Assembly (NCBI GenBank): GCA_964234715.1 | Contig: OZ174278.1 | Length of the DNA stretch: 64,000 nt | Reading direction: 5' to 3' (one strand) | Origin: Podarcis melisellensis | Taxonomy: Eukaryota | Shown here: piece after piece, positions 37,492 through 48,818 of the stretch | Layout of the letters: each line of letters begins with the position of its first letter | Position numbering within the stretch: the first letter of the stretch is position 1 | The notes under the pieces: generated by a model | The model's database searches: none | What the model was told of the DNA's origin: nothing | Seen by the model: only the letters and a program-made list of their open reading frames with translations | Position numbers and translations under genes: made by a program

Positions 37492-40400
37492 TGTTAAAGT
37501 GTGAGGGAGTGTTAGGAACTGACTGCTGCGTTAACGTCTGTGAAGGCTTCCTGTTTGATGGTCAAACTAAAAGTAACTTTACAGGCGCACTTAAAAAAGT
37601 AATTGGATTGTATAATAGGCACTTGTATGTGACTGGATTTGCTTTGAAAAAACATGCAATTTTTTGAATTTCTTATCAAAGGCCCTTATAGCTCTATGAA
37701 AGGATTATTTTGGTACTGATATCATTCAATTTTGAACAGCTATGCTACTATATTTTCTTTGCCTGTTGTAAATCACAAGGGTATCACCCCAGGCAAATAA
37801 TGGCTTAGCCTGTTTATCTGTCTGTGTTAATAGCATTTTATTTGAAGTCTTGAAATGTGCAAGTGGCTTTAAAAAGGCACTATTACACAACTTCGTGTTT
37901 TATTGCAAAATGACACGGTCCGGTTTCATTTGTTTTGCTCTGAAACCTTAATGTTCTGTGCTGTCAACATTTCAGACGTTTTCCATTCAAAGTTGAGCAA
38001 GATCCTCTTGAAACGAGACCCTGTCTGCTGGAGGCAACAGGGAGTACTTAACTTGTAACAATATTGTTTCGAAGATTACTAGTGTGGTTTTCAATGGTGG
38101 AGCGCTTTCCGCCATTATTTGTTGTGTTGCCAGCTTGTCTGAAAAGGAGAAGATTAGGTTAAATTGCCTTTTTTCTAATTAACACAAACTACCTGTCTAC
38201 ATTTGTTCAGAAGCTAGTGCATATGAAAAAAAATTCAAGACATGTATGCTGTTGCTTATGATGCTCCAAACACTAACAATTTTGTTGGGCAAAACTGTGG
38301 TTTTCTATTTTAACTTGGCACAAGGAATAGCAGGTCCGTTCGTCAGGGATTATGCAAGTTGTAGTCCAAAACATCTGGAGAGTACCAAGGCACTAGACTG
38401 GGGAAGGCTGAACTAGATGATATTATTAAATAATTTGTTGGGCTTCTGAGAATTGTTAAGATACCTTTGGAGCTCCAGGAACAAGTCAGATATAACAGGA
38501 AACATTCAATATGCCTCCATAAGACTTAGGCGTATGCACTCCTCCTAAACTTTTCTTTCTTTTTGCAGCAGAGGGGAGAGATTAAAAGCATTCATTTTTT
38601 TTAAATTTTAAGTTACCCATGGTTCCTTGTGATGCCCAAAGTCAAGGAATTGTGGTTTGTTAGAACAAGCCCAAATCAGAAGGTGGTTTCAGATCCCGGC
38701 TTCTTCTCAAGTCATAGTTTGGGACCCTACAGGAGAACAACAAGAATCTTACTACTTGGGCAAGCCTAGTGGTTTCTTGGAACTCAGAGGATTGACTCTG
38801 GAAAATATTTGCCATGCAAAACCTAACCATCATCAATCACATGAGCGTTGCCCAGATAACCATTCACCCCATCAGGAGGCAGGACCATGTGTTCAAATTC
38901 GGTGAACTAGCATGCTTATTTCAAATGACATCTGAGGGTATGTCTACTCAGAAGTACTGATCAGGAAGTGCTTTATGATTTTAGATTAGTTTATTTTGAT
39001 CATAATTGATACTTCCTAACCATCTTTGGAATAGTAGTCATGTGGAATTCTGGACTAGCAGGTCACAAGGAGTAAAATAAGTTTCAGACTGTAGCAAATA
39101 GAGTAGGAGCAAGCTATATGGATGTTTTGGTATGTTTTGGTTTTCTATATGGATGTTTTGGTATGTTACACTGTGTAGAAATAGTACCAGTTTCATACTC
39201 TGCCAGAATATTGCTATGACACTCTGAACTATGGGTTTCTTCTGTAAGCAACTTGATAAAAGAGAGGGGTAAATGTGAGGCAAATTACTACAAGTAAATA
39301 TATTGCGTAAACCTGGAGAAATATGGATCACGATGTTTCTTTGATTTAAGTCTTACACAGCAACAATTCTTTTTATTTATTATACTGAGTGTCTGGAAAA
39401 GTGCCTAATCTCCAAGAATCTGAGTACTGGAGATGTATGACAGAAGAAAAGATAATTGATAGTAAACGTCAAATATTAAATCTTGATCTAGTTATTACCC
39501 AGCATATTAGCTATGTAAGAAGCTTAACAATTACAGCTGTGATTGACTAGGTGGGATCCAAAATCCTAAATATCAACTGCCAGAAGGGATAATTATAACA
39601 CATTAGCACCTGCATGCTTAGACAAGATTGACAACTACCGTCTAACATCTGCTTAATATCACTTTCATACTTTTCACATTTTTCCTCCTTTTGAAAGGAG
39701 TAACAAAGATGTTATTGAAAGATAACAATAAGTCATCATTTGTGTTGCACATGCAGTCGATTACAGTTGTGTGTTGTGTTTGGCCATGTTCTGCCACTAG
39801 CTGATTTTGAAATTAAATAAGGAGCGTTAAACCGGGTTTCTAAGAGATTAGGCAGCTATCGTTGTGGTGTGTTTTCTAACAAAATGTGCTTGTCAGCTGG
39901 AATCCTCTGAAACTGCAAAGTGCAGAAGCCTACCCTTCAACAGGCTGGATGAAGCAATCCAATTTATAAGGTCTGCAGAAAAATGGCTCATAATCTCATA
40001 ATTAAAACAAGAGCAGATTATCTAATTGGAGGTGACCAAAGTTTAAGGACCACTGTATTTGAGTACCAGAAGCATAAGGAACTCTCCTTCACAGATGAAC
40101 CTTATTTAGGCTTGGTAGTGGATTTATCTACAGAAATGTACCTGCAGACATGGAGCCAAAGAGTCAGTGGGATAAAGGAGAATAAATCTTATTTTTCAGA
40201 ATAGAGGGCAATGGAAATGGAAATGAATACAGAAATACCAACATCCATACCAAAATCACATGCTCGCTGGCCCAAAATGGCTTGCATTTTATGACCGGGA
40301 AGCTAGCTGCAAAAGAATAAATCAGTTTCTAGAGTGGGGGTGATCTTTCTTCTTTCATTTGAAAGCAAATCTCTGCACCATAGGCATTGCATTGTCATCT

Positions 40401-40674
40401 GATTTGGGAAGAGATTGGCTTCTGCACCAGTGCCTTTGTTTATCCAAAAGTCTGCCTCCCAAGGGTCATTTCACATGGCCTTATGTATATTGTAGTGCCT
40501 TCATAACAATAACAGTTTGCATAGTTGTATACATGAACTAAGCACTTGCTAATTAATCTGATTATTGTTGGAGCCTGTGGGGCAGACATCCTGATGCAGC
40601 TTACGAACTGTTCACTGGAAAAGGAAGCTTCACTCTCAAGTCAAAAGGCTTCAGATATAGTTCAGTCTCTAAAG

Positions 40675-41020
40675 CAGGGGTAGGCAACCTAAGGCCCATG
40701 GACCACAAGCAGCCCACAGGGGTCGTTTAACCAGCCCCTGAGCCACCCCCGAACGAGCCACCTGCTTGGCGAGCCCCCGCGCGCTGTGCTAAACCAGCGC
40801 AGTGTGGTGTGGGGACTCACTTCCACGGTGCCGGAAATCACATCTGTGCATGCTCAGATGCTGGAAATTGTGTCTGCACAGATGCAGATGTCAGAAATTG
40901 TGTCTGCGCAGACGCTGGAAATTGTGGCCGCACACGCTCATGCATGCGCGCAATCCGGCCCACAGAGGGATCTCCACTGGAGTGAACCGGCCCAGGCAAG
41001 GTAAACCTTGCTAACCCCTT
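40675..41020. mobile_element. hAT (Charlie-like) non-autonomous element
   Basis: Perfect 8-bp TSD CTCTAAAG (40667-40674, 41021-41028), TIR CAGGGGTAGGCAA / TTGCTAACCCCTT, and internal tandem units GGAAATTGTGTCTGC. Confidence 0.88.
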
Positions 41021-41783
41021 CTCTAAAGCTAACCAGCTCTGGGGCTGACCTGCACCAAGAATGAAGACCACGTGGAGTCTCATACACACTACCCTGAGCT
41101 CTTTGCAGGAAATGTGAGACATACACATGCCGCAAATGAACAGAGATAAAGTTGTGTGACACCAGTCCATGAAAGATGAAATGTGAAAGGAAAATGTTGT
41201 GAGTTAAAATATCACCAGGTATATGATTAAAGAGATCCACTGTGTGGATTAAAGAGATCCACTCCAGAGGGAAGGAGTATCCTCTGGACTTGCTGGATGG
41301 GACGAGTTGCCCTGCTTCAGTTGTAAAATTGCCGGGGACAGTTAGTGCATGCTTATCACTTCTTCTTACTCTGCACGTTTGTTAAATAAACACGTTTTTA
41401 CAAAGTCAGCCTAAGTATCCAGCAATGTCAGATCTCCAAAAGAAAGTGACCTGGAAAGGCATTCCCAAACTTCCACTAATATGGGGGTACAAGAACTAAA
41501 CAGTCTCTGTGTTGTTAAGCAGAATCTAAACAACACGTGAATTAATACGGCCTGCTTCTGCAAGACCTAAAACTTTATGTAAGCTGTGAAGACAATTGCA
41601 TTGTATATGGCAGCACTGTATATGGCAGCAGTGATAAAACCTTTTAAACCTTCAACAGTGAGCCAGTTCACACGCATATGTTCAAGAACTTGTTACAGAT
41701 AGGTAGCCGTGTTGGTCTGCCATAGTCAAAACAAAACAAAATCCTTCCAGTAGCACCTTAAAGACCAACTAAGTTAGTTCTTG

Positions 41784-41821
41784 GTATGAGCTTTCGTGTG
41801 CATGCACACTTCTTCAGATAC
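41784..41821 (-). ncRNA. Minimal type I hammerhead ribozyme motif, opposite-strand copy
   Basis: Exact reverse complement of 41836-41873. Confidence 0.8.
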
Positions 41822-41835
41822 CTGAATCTGAATCT

Positions 41836-41873
41836 GTATCTGAAGAAGTGTGCATGCACACGAAAGCTCATAC
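41836..41873 (+). ncRNA. Minimal type I hammerhead ribozyme motif (Penelope-associated)
   Basis: GUAU | CUGAAGA A | GUGUG-CAUG-CACAC | GAAA GC UC | AUAC: helix I GUAU/AUAC, core boxes, helix II and a palindromic AGCU helix III. Confidence 0.8.
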
Positions 41874-43899
41874 CAAGAACTAACTTAGTTGGTCTTTAAG
41901 GTGCTACTGGAAGGAATTTTTTTTGTTTCAAGAACTTGATGATTGTTGCAGTCTGGATTTGTGAATGGGCCATAACAGATCAAACAACATGGATACGCCT
42001 CTCATTTCTCCTTAGGTCACCACAAACTCAATTGACACACTCAGCTGAAAGCCATCAGTATTGATTGATTAAAGGATGAGGAACTGAATGACACGCAGGA
42101 ATGTGTGAGTAACAGCCCCAGACGTGTGATTTCCAGTAAATCCAGCACCTAGTGGGTTAAGAATGCAATTCTGTGCTCACTTATTCTGGAAGGTTATTAA
42201 GCTCTGTGAGAGTAGCTTCCAAGTACATAGTGCATAGAATGGGTGTCCCTGTCCCCGCTTCTGACCATGATCTATAAAGAGACCCTAATTTTCTAGGGTT
42301 AATATTTTGTTTTGGTTCCATATTTTACTTTTCCATTCCTGCATGGATTCTCAGTTGATTAGGGAGACCCTGATATTCTTTGATTGCCAGCTACTTTTCA
42401 ACTGGCTCACAGTTTGCCATCACACAATAACTGCCTTCAGTTATTGATCTTCCCAACTCATGCCAGCTCATTAGAATGGGATCCGATTTCTCCCTATGCC
42501 ACTTGGCACTGATCTTGAACTTGGCTTCCTTGGAAACACATCACAGTTTGGCAGAATGTCTGCAAATTCTTTCACTGTGCAAATTAATTTTATTGGTTTG
42601 GGTTTTGGCCTATTCCCCCCCTCCTTTTTTTAGTTGAACAAAATCCATCAGTGAGAAGTCTATATTTCAATTGCAAACATACTAAACACACCAAGCGTCC
42701 TCTAATCCACCAGGGTGCAGGACACTTCAGAGTTGCTTCTTAGCAAGCAGCTTTGGTCCAAAAGCAACAGGATAACTCCCGCAAATAGCAAACTTGGAAT
42801 TCGTAGCTTGAAAGATGTAGCCTCTGTGCAAGGTGACAAATGCCTAGAAATATTATTCAGCTTGCCAATGGAACATGTTTTCAATTTTCTCCTACTAGTT
42901 CTTCTACTAAGTGACTTCACCCTATTAGGCCAAACCAAACATTTCCCTACCCATGCTCTAAGGCCTTTCCCATTCAAAATACTGAAGGCAGAGGGATCTC
43001 CATGTATTCAGGAGACCATCTCATGGCCATTAGCTCCCATCAGCTGACCATTTTGAGCTATTCACCAGCAATCTACCTAACAAAAGAATCCTTGGCCAGC
43101 AGCCTAGCCCCATGATTTAAAGCAATTTTAGTGTTATAGCAGATTATAGCATTAACAAGGCTATTTTCCAACTTGCAGTCAGAAATCACACACTCCACAG
43201 ACACTTTTAGCAACTTTGGCTACAAAATATTTGAAGCAGAAATTCCACGGAGCAGTTTGCTGTGGCAAGAGTTGATGCAACAGAAAATATATGGAGGTTT
43301 CCACAGTGATGGCTGCCTGGGGAAGAAAATATCAATGCAAAAAACAAAAACAAAAACACCCTGTACATTTGGATCAGCTGCTCTCCTGCTATAGAAAGTG
43401 CCACATGTACCCAAAAGACACTTTGGGGTGCAAGAACACTTGGCATAAATCAATAAATGCCCACATAGAGAGAGATTCCCTCATATAGCATAGCAGAGCC
43501 TTGCTTTCTCACACTATGGTATATCAGGAATTTCTGGGAAATGGACGGTCTGTTTGCACCTATGTTCTAGATCTGCTTATCCAACCCACTCCCTCTGAAG
43601 AGTCAGGAACATGAATGTCTTGTATTCTTTGACCAAGTGGAAAAGAAGGCTAAACTCAAGTAGAGGAGGGAACATAGGCTTCCCATTCCTTGTAAGAGTG
43701 TTGAATGATGGCTGAATGCCCATGAGGATGCTATTTTGGTAGAAGGGGCAATGGGGCGTTGCTCTGTCCTGTGATGATCCCTCATTGTGTGAGCCCATCA
43801 AGCTTTAGGATTGATTCACATTGCTCGTTTAAAAAATAAAATAAAATATGACATGGAGAATTTAACTCATATTTAACTCCCTGCTAACATGTTCCCTAA

Positions 43900-44208
43900 G
43901 GGACGTGGGTGGCCCTGTGGGTTAAACCACAGAGCCTAGGACTTGCCGATCAGAAGGTCAGCAGTTCGAATCCCCACAACGGGGTGAGCTCCCGTTGCTC
44001 GGTCTCTGCTCCTGCCAACCTAGCAGTTTGAAAGCACGTCAAAGTGTAGTAGATAAATAGGTACCACTGTGGCAGGAAGGTAAACAGTGTTTCCATGCGC
44101 TGCTCTGGTTGGCCAGAAGTGACTTAGTCATGCTGGCCACATGACCCGGAAGCTGTACGCCGGCTCCCTCGGCCAATAAAGCGAGATGAGCCAGGGTCCC
44201 TTTACCTT
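43900..44208 (+). mobile_element. Sauria SINE with an internal 3' deletion
   Basis: Head and ACCTTT tail are present; TSD TAACAT[G/A]TTCCCTA at 43885-43898 and 44209-44222. Confidence 0.93.
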
Positions 44209-45246
44209 TAACATATTCCCTATCGTATTTGCTGCTATCCCTGGTGCTCTTAGAAACACACAATACTGCACAACAACTCCAGGCTCTAAATTGGCTTCAG
44301 CTCTTGTAAATTAGGAGGAGATACAGGCTCTGAATCAGGAATACTTCCAGAGGCTGTTATTACTCCACAATGGGAGACATAAGACTACACCTACTGTCCA
44401 GGTATTTGTAATAGATGTGACATCTTTTTAAATGGTGAGGCAAGAAGTGGAAAAGTATTCCCTTTAAAGATATTATATGCAAGGACTTGACTTGTTGTAC
44501 CTTCTTCTTACAGGGGAATAACTAGCCAACCATATTGAAAAAATAGTATTAATGGTCATGTGTACAGCTGTACTAACAGATGGATGCAATTTTTCAGTTT
44601 CATCTTGTTTTGGACTTTGCATAGCAGCAGTCCTACTGTATAGAGACAACTCTAGAGATGATTATATTGATGAAAAGATCAACTTAAATGGCCATTTTTA
44701 TATTCAGCTTCTAAAAGAGCTGCTTAATCCATAAGTTAACTGTTAAATGACTTGATGGTTGAGAGCACTTGAGTAACCTGTCTATAATGTGCTAACTCCT
44801 CAGTTGGTAATTATTGATTAAGCTTATATTACTATTTGCAGTGCAAAGGAGTGGAAAGAAAATGTCTTATACTCGGTTTGATTTTTCTTAAGCTATTATA
44901 GCAAATGACTTTACAGCAAATGAAATTTCTGTGGAGCACTATCACAGAAAAAAAGCCTATGCATGACTACTCAGAAGTAAAGCCCATTCAGTTCAACGAA
45001 AATTTACTCTTGTGTAAGTGTTTATTACATTACAGCCTACAGTGGAGTGAGTTTCATAAAATTAGAATGTACTCGTATAGGATTACAGTGTAGGTGTACT
45101 AAAATTGAATATCTGAATTGCTTCCTTAGAAATGTTATTCTACTTGGACTGTATATCACCTATTAATTATCCAGTGCCAAACCATGATAGGAAATGATGG
45201 GACAACAAGACAATAGGAAACATATTTGTATAACACTTTTTTGTAA

Positions 45247-45465
45247 CAACAAAAAAAAATCCTTCCAGTAGCACCTTAGAGACCAACTTAGTATGAGCTT
45301 ATGCACACTTCTTCAGATACACTGAAACAGAAGAGTATCTGAAGAAGTGTGCATGCACACGAAAGCTCATACCAATAACAAACTTAGTTGGTCTCTAAGG
45401 TGCTACTGGAAGGAATGTTTTATTTTGTTTCAACTACGTCAGACCAACACGGCTACCTGTCTGTA
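45247..45465. mobile_element. Second fold-back Penelope-like mini-insertion (opposite orientation to 41693-41926)
   Basis: Same sequence family with inverted arms (the left arm has two deletions) and a 12-bp TSD ACTTTTTTGTAA at 45235-45246 and 45466-45477. Confidence 0.88.
45335..45372 (+). ncRNA. Minimal hammerhead ribozyme motif
   Basis: Identical to 41836-41873. Confidence 0.78.
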
Positions 45466-46911
45466 ACTTTTTTGTAAGTGCCCCAAACTCCTAATTAGCT
45501 CAGTAACCCTTACCGTAGCTCTATAAAACGGACAACTATTACTGTCTTCATATTATTACAGAGAGAAGGTAGATTGCCCAAGGCCCCCAATGAGTTCACC
45601 AAGCTCAATGAGTTGAAATTTTAACCTGGAACTTCCAGGTCACAGCTCATGCCATTAACTGTAATTTTCATACTCAAAGGGATCACATAGTGGGTAGGAT
45701 GACATCACACCAGAGCCAATCACATTTTGCTGTTAGTGGGAACACAGGACAGTTGAAAGTGATTAAACAAATAAGCAAAGAAATGTGTTATAAAATTACT
45801 AAAAAGAGGAGGCACTGCTGGGGGAGCAGGATGTTACTGAAAACTAATAGATTCAGCTTATCCCTTGATAGAAATAAACAGGACTTCATTCCAAATAAAC
45901 GTGTTTCAGATCAGAGTGATAACACTGTTAAGCTTTTCCAAATGCAACTATTTCATGGAACCTTTTTCTTTCCTTCCAGATCATTTGGCATTCCTCTTTA
46001 AAACAGTATTTTTGAACGCTGAGCTTGATTTCCTTTTAAAGTTTCATGCTTCAGACAAAGTTTGATCTCTTTTTTCCCCCCTCCAACACTGATACAGTTT
46101 TAGAATACTGTTTAGTTTTATGCCTCTCACTTCTTTGACATTGTTCTGTAAGTGCTGTCTTCTTAAGAATAATGTTTCTTCTGTCATGGGTATTCTGCTA
46201 TAGTTGTTCCATCTCCAAATATGTTTTTTCCATATCCACATGTCAGTCAACACTCCCTTTAAATGAGCAAATGACAGACAGTAGAATTCAAATTAAGGAT
46301 AACAGTTTTATGCTGAAACCTAACTGCTGATGGTACCAAAAGGTGTATGCGCATCAGAAGTGGGAAATATTCCCACAAAGGAAACGTATTCAAATATGTT
46401 TATTTCGCGAAGTAAATAAGGCTGGTGTTCCAGAAGAACATTTCTTGGAAAGAACTGCCTACGCTAAGCAAAGTGAGCAAGTCCAAACTAGCAACACACA
46501 CACACACACTGGGGCTTCCCCATTCATTTATATGAGGGAGGTACATCTATCCACATAACTGGATATGTGAATAGAGCCTTTTTCTCTTTTGATAGCCAGC
46601 CACCAGCCACTCCTTGATAAAGTAATATGGGGGAGTGCCACACTTCAGGAATTCTTCCCATCATTGACTGCAGACACAAACGCAGTGGTGGTGAGTAATG
46701 CACAGTTATTGCCTTTGTTTATTCCCTGGAGTCTGTTCTGCCCTATGGGCATCTGATCTGTTGCTCATACATCCTCTGCCTGTATCCTTGCCTCATCCTT
46801 CTAACTCCACCTCCACGATCACTGCAACTATCATTTAGAAACAGCCGTCCACAAATATATCAGGACCCAACAAGCTCAATTCTGCCTCCTTTTATTCTGA
46901 GGTTGGGGAGT

Positions 46912-46941
<30 letters not shown>
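46912..46941. repeat. (AAC)n microsatellite
   Basis: Seen directly. Confidence 0.95.
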
Positions 46942-46942
<1 letters not shown>

Positions 46943-47362
46943 GGAAATTATTGTTTCCTCACCCACTTAGGTTTGCTCTGCCCATTTGATAAACAAGAAT
47001 ACCACAAAATGCTTAGAGTTCCAATCAGTCCAGTGCAATCTTGTTTATTTTAACAAGGAATCCTTATCTAACTAGGTGCTGGTAGCAATTTATCAAGGTC
47101 AACTGCCAGCGGGAAAGCCTTTTGTCACACATTGTGCTTTAAAAATCACTGCCACCCCACTTACTGGATTTGTGCATTAAAAGCACGTTGGGCTCAGCTT
47201 GTAGACAAATTTGCAGACCTTCCACAAGAACAAACCTTTCAAACTTTGGTACCAGCATTTCTATTTCAAGTCTGGCTGACTTGGAAACTATTCAGATTTA
47301 TTTATTTTTGAAAACATATTATGCAGTATTGAAAAGTGTCATGTGTATATATATATATATAT

Positions 47363-48184
47363 ATGCAGGTTTTGGTGTCCTCGGGTGTCTTCCCGTGTAA
47401 AAGTTGGGGTGTCTAGGCGACGTTTCGACGAGGTCTCACTCGTCATCTTCAGGCTGGTGCTTTTGGCTTCTTGTTACTGGAACAGAGCAGGATCTCAGTG
47501 TTTGAGTTCCTATAAATAGTTCCCTCCCCACAAAAACTGACACCAGATCCAGAGGCACACAGAACGCCATCACCAATCAACCACACCAGACCCAAACCCA
47601 GACCCTCTCCACAGATAAATTACAGACACCATCCAGTAGCCAAACCATGGTGGCACCTCCGGATGCTGCACCCCCCTGCAATCCCTACACAGATCTGGCT
47701 GACACAGGCCACAAAACCACAGCTCGCCCCTATACACGAAGCCAAGCCAGAGCACAACTAAGTGCAGTACAGCCATCTTCTCAGAAAAACTCTTCACAAA
47801 GTTCAAGAGGTCAAGACACAAAGACTTTAGCAACTAATCCACACCTAATGACCCACCTAAGTGGTACTCAGGATATCACTCAAGAAATCACTCAAGATAT
47901 CCCTCAAGTAATTAAGGAACAAAAGAAGAAAAGGCACACTAGCCTGGGAACTTCCTCTCTGCCCAGAACATTGGAGGCTATACACCACACCCCCTCAACA
48001 GTATTTATAGGAACTCAAACACTGAGATCCTGCTCTGTTCCAGTAACAAGAAGCCGAAAGCACCAGCCTGAAGATGACGAGTGAGACCTCGTCGAAACGT
48101 CGCCTAGACACCCCAACTTTTACACGGGAAGACACCCGAGGACACCAAAACCTGCATTCCTGTACCCGTGAAAATCTACGAAAG

Positions 48185-48188
<4 letters not shown>
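47363..48188 (+). mobile_element. Penelope-like (Poseidon-type) 3' fragment with an inverted pseudo-LTR, between (TA)n tracts
   Basis: 156-bp inverted repeat (47363-47518 / 48002-48157, one mismatch seen), a CTGAAGAT-stem-GAAACGTC motif, a T/Q/P-rich ORF tail ending PEDDE*, and the 3' end CCGTGAAAATCTACGAAAGCAA. Confidence 0.8.
48066..48103 (+). ncRNA. Minimal hammerhead-like motif (weak helix I); mirror copy on the minus strand in the left arm
   Basis: CUGAAGA U | GACGAG-UGAGAC-CUCGUC | GAAA CG UC; only 2 bp of helix I are obvious. Confidence 0.55.

Positions 48189-48240
<52 letters not shown>
48188..48240. repeat. (TA)n microsatellite
   Basis: Seen directly; a shorter (TA)n lies at 47346-47364. 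Confidence 0.95.
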
Positions 48241-48242
<2 letters not shown>

Positions 48243-48818
48243 GTATTTTTCACTCTATAACATGCACCTGACCATAACACGCACATAGTTTTTAGAGGAG
48301 GAAAACAAGAAAAAAATATTCTAAACAAAACAGCAGATGTATGATTTTTGTGGTTCATGCTGTGGCCACAGACATGTGATCTGACGGTGAGTTTGGGGTA
48401 GCCCAATGCAAAAATCCTGAGGATCCATGTGGATCTGTGCTTTGTAACCACGTTTTAAGTGGGGAGGGAAGGAAAAGCACTCGAGGGACAAGGAGCACGC
48501 GTGGGGTGGGTGGAGAAGGATGCTGTTAATAATGCAGAAGAGGGGTATAAGAGGAGAAGGCTCCTCTCCTCTCCCGCTTTGCTCCTTTAAAGCAAGCAGG
48601 CTCTCTGTCTCTCTCTCCTCCCCACTCAGCAGCTCTTCTCCCGCTTTGCTGTTTCAAAGCGAGCCACGGAGAGGGAAGGAAAGGGAACCATGGATCCTCT
48701 GCTCACGACTGCAGCAGATCCCCCCGCCATCCGTAGGCATTCGCTCCATAACACGCACAGACATTTCCCCTTACTTTCTAGGAGGAAAAAAGTGAGTGTT
48801 ATGGTGCAAAAAATATGG
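48241..48818. mobile_element. Tc1/mariner superfamily (Tc2-like, CCGTA termini) MITE
   Basis: Ends CCGTATTTTTCACTCTATAACA / TGTTATGGTGCAAAAAATATGG, with subterminal CCATAACACGCAC repeats. Confidence 0.8.

Larger units (their letters stand above)
41693..41926. mobile_element. Fold-back Penelope-like (Neptune-type) mini-insertion
   Basis: Perfect 80-bp inverted repeat (41742-41821 / 41836-41915) with a 14-nt loop, and a 12-bp TSD TTCAAGAACTTG (41681-41692, 41927-41938). Confidence 0.88.

Noticed and set aside
39114-39167. 23-bp direct repeat CTATATGGATGTTTTGGTATGTT (similar small duplications at 30821-30853 and 35549-35574)
   Set aside because: These are ordinary local slippage duplications with no further structure.
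40830-40930. Short tandem array of 24-30 bp units resembling a repeat-spacer array
   Set aside because: The units are whole-unit degenerate tandem repeats inside a hAT MITE with no unique spacers, in eukaryotic context; this is not CRISPR.
40566-41535. Possible old solo LTR (TGTTG...CAACA ends, AATAAA near 41385, 17-bp direct repeat GATTAAAGAGATCCACT)
   Set aside because: The flanks (ATTAT versus CGTGA) show no target-site duplication, so I cannot support the boundaries.
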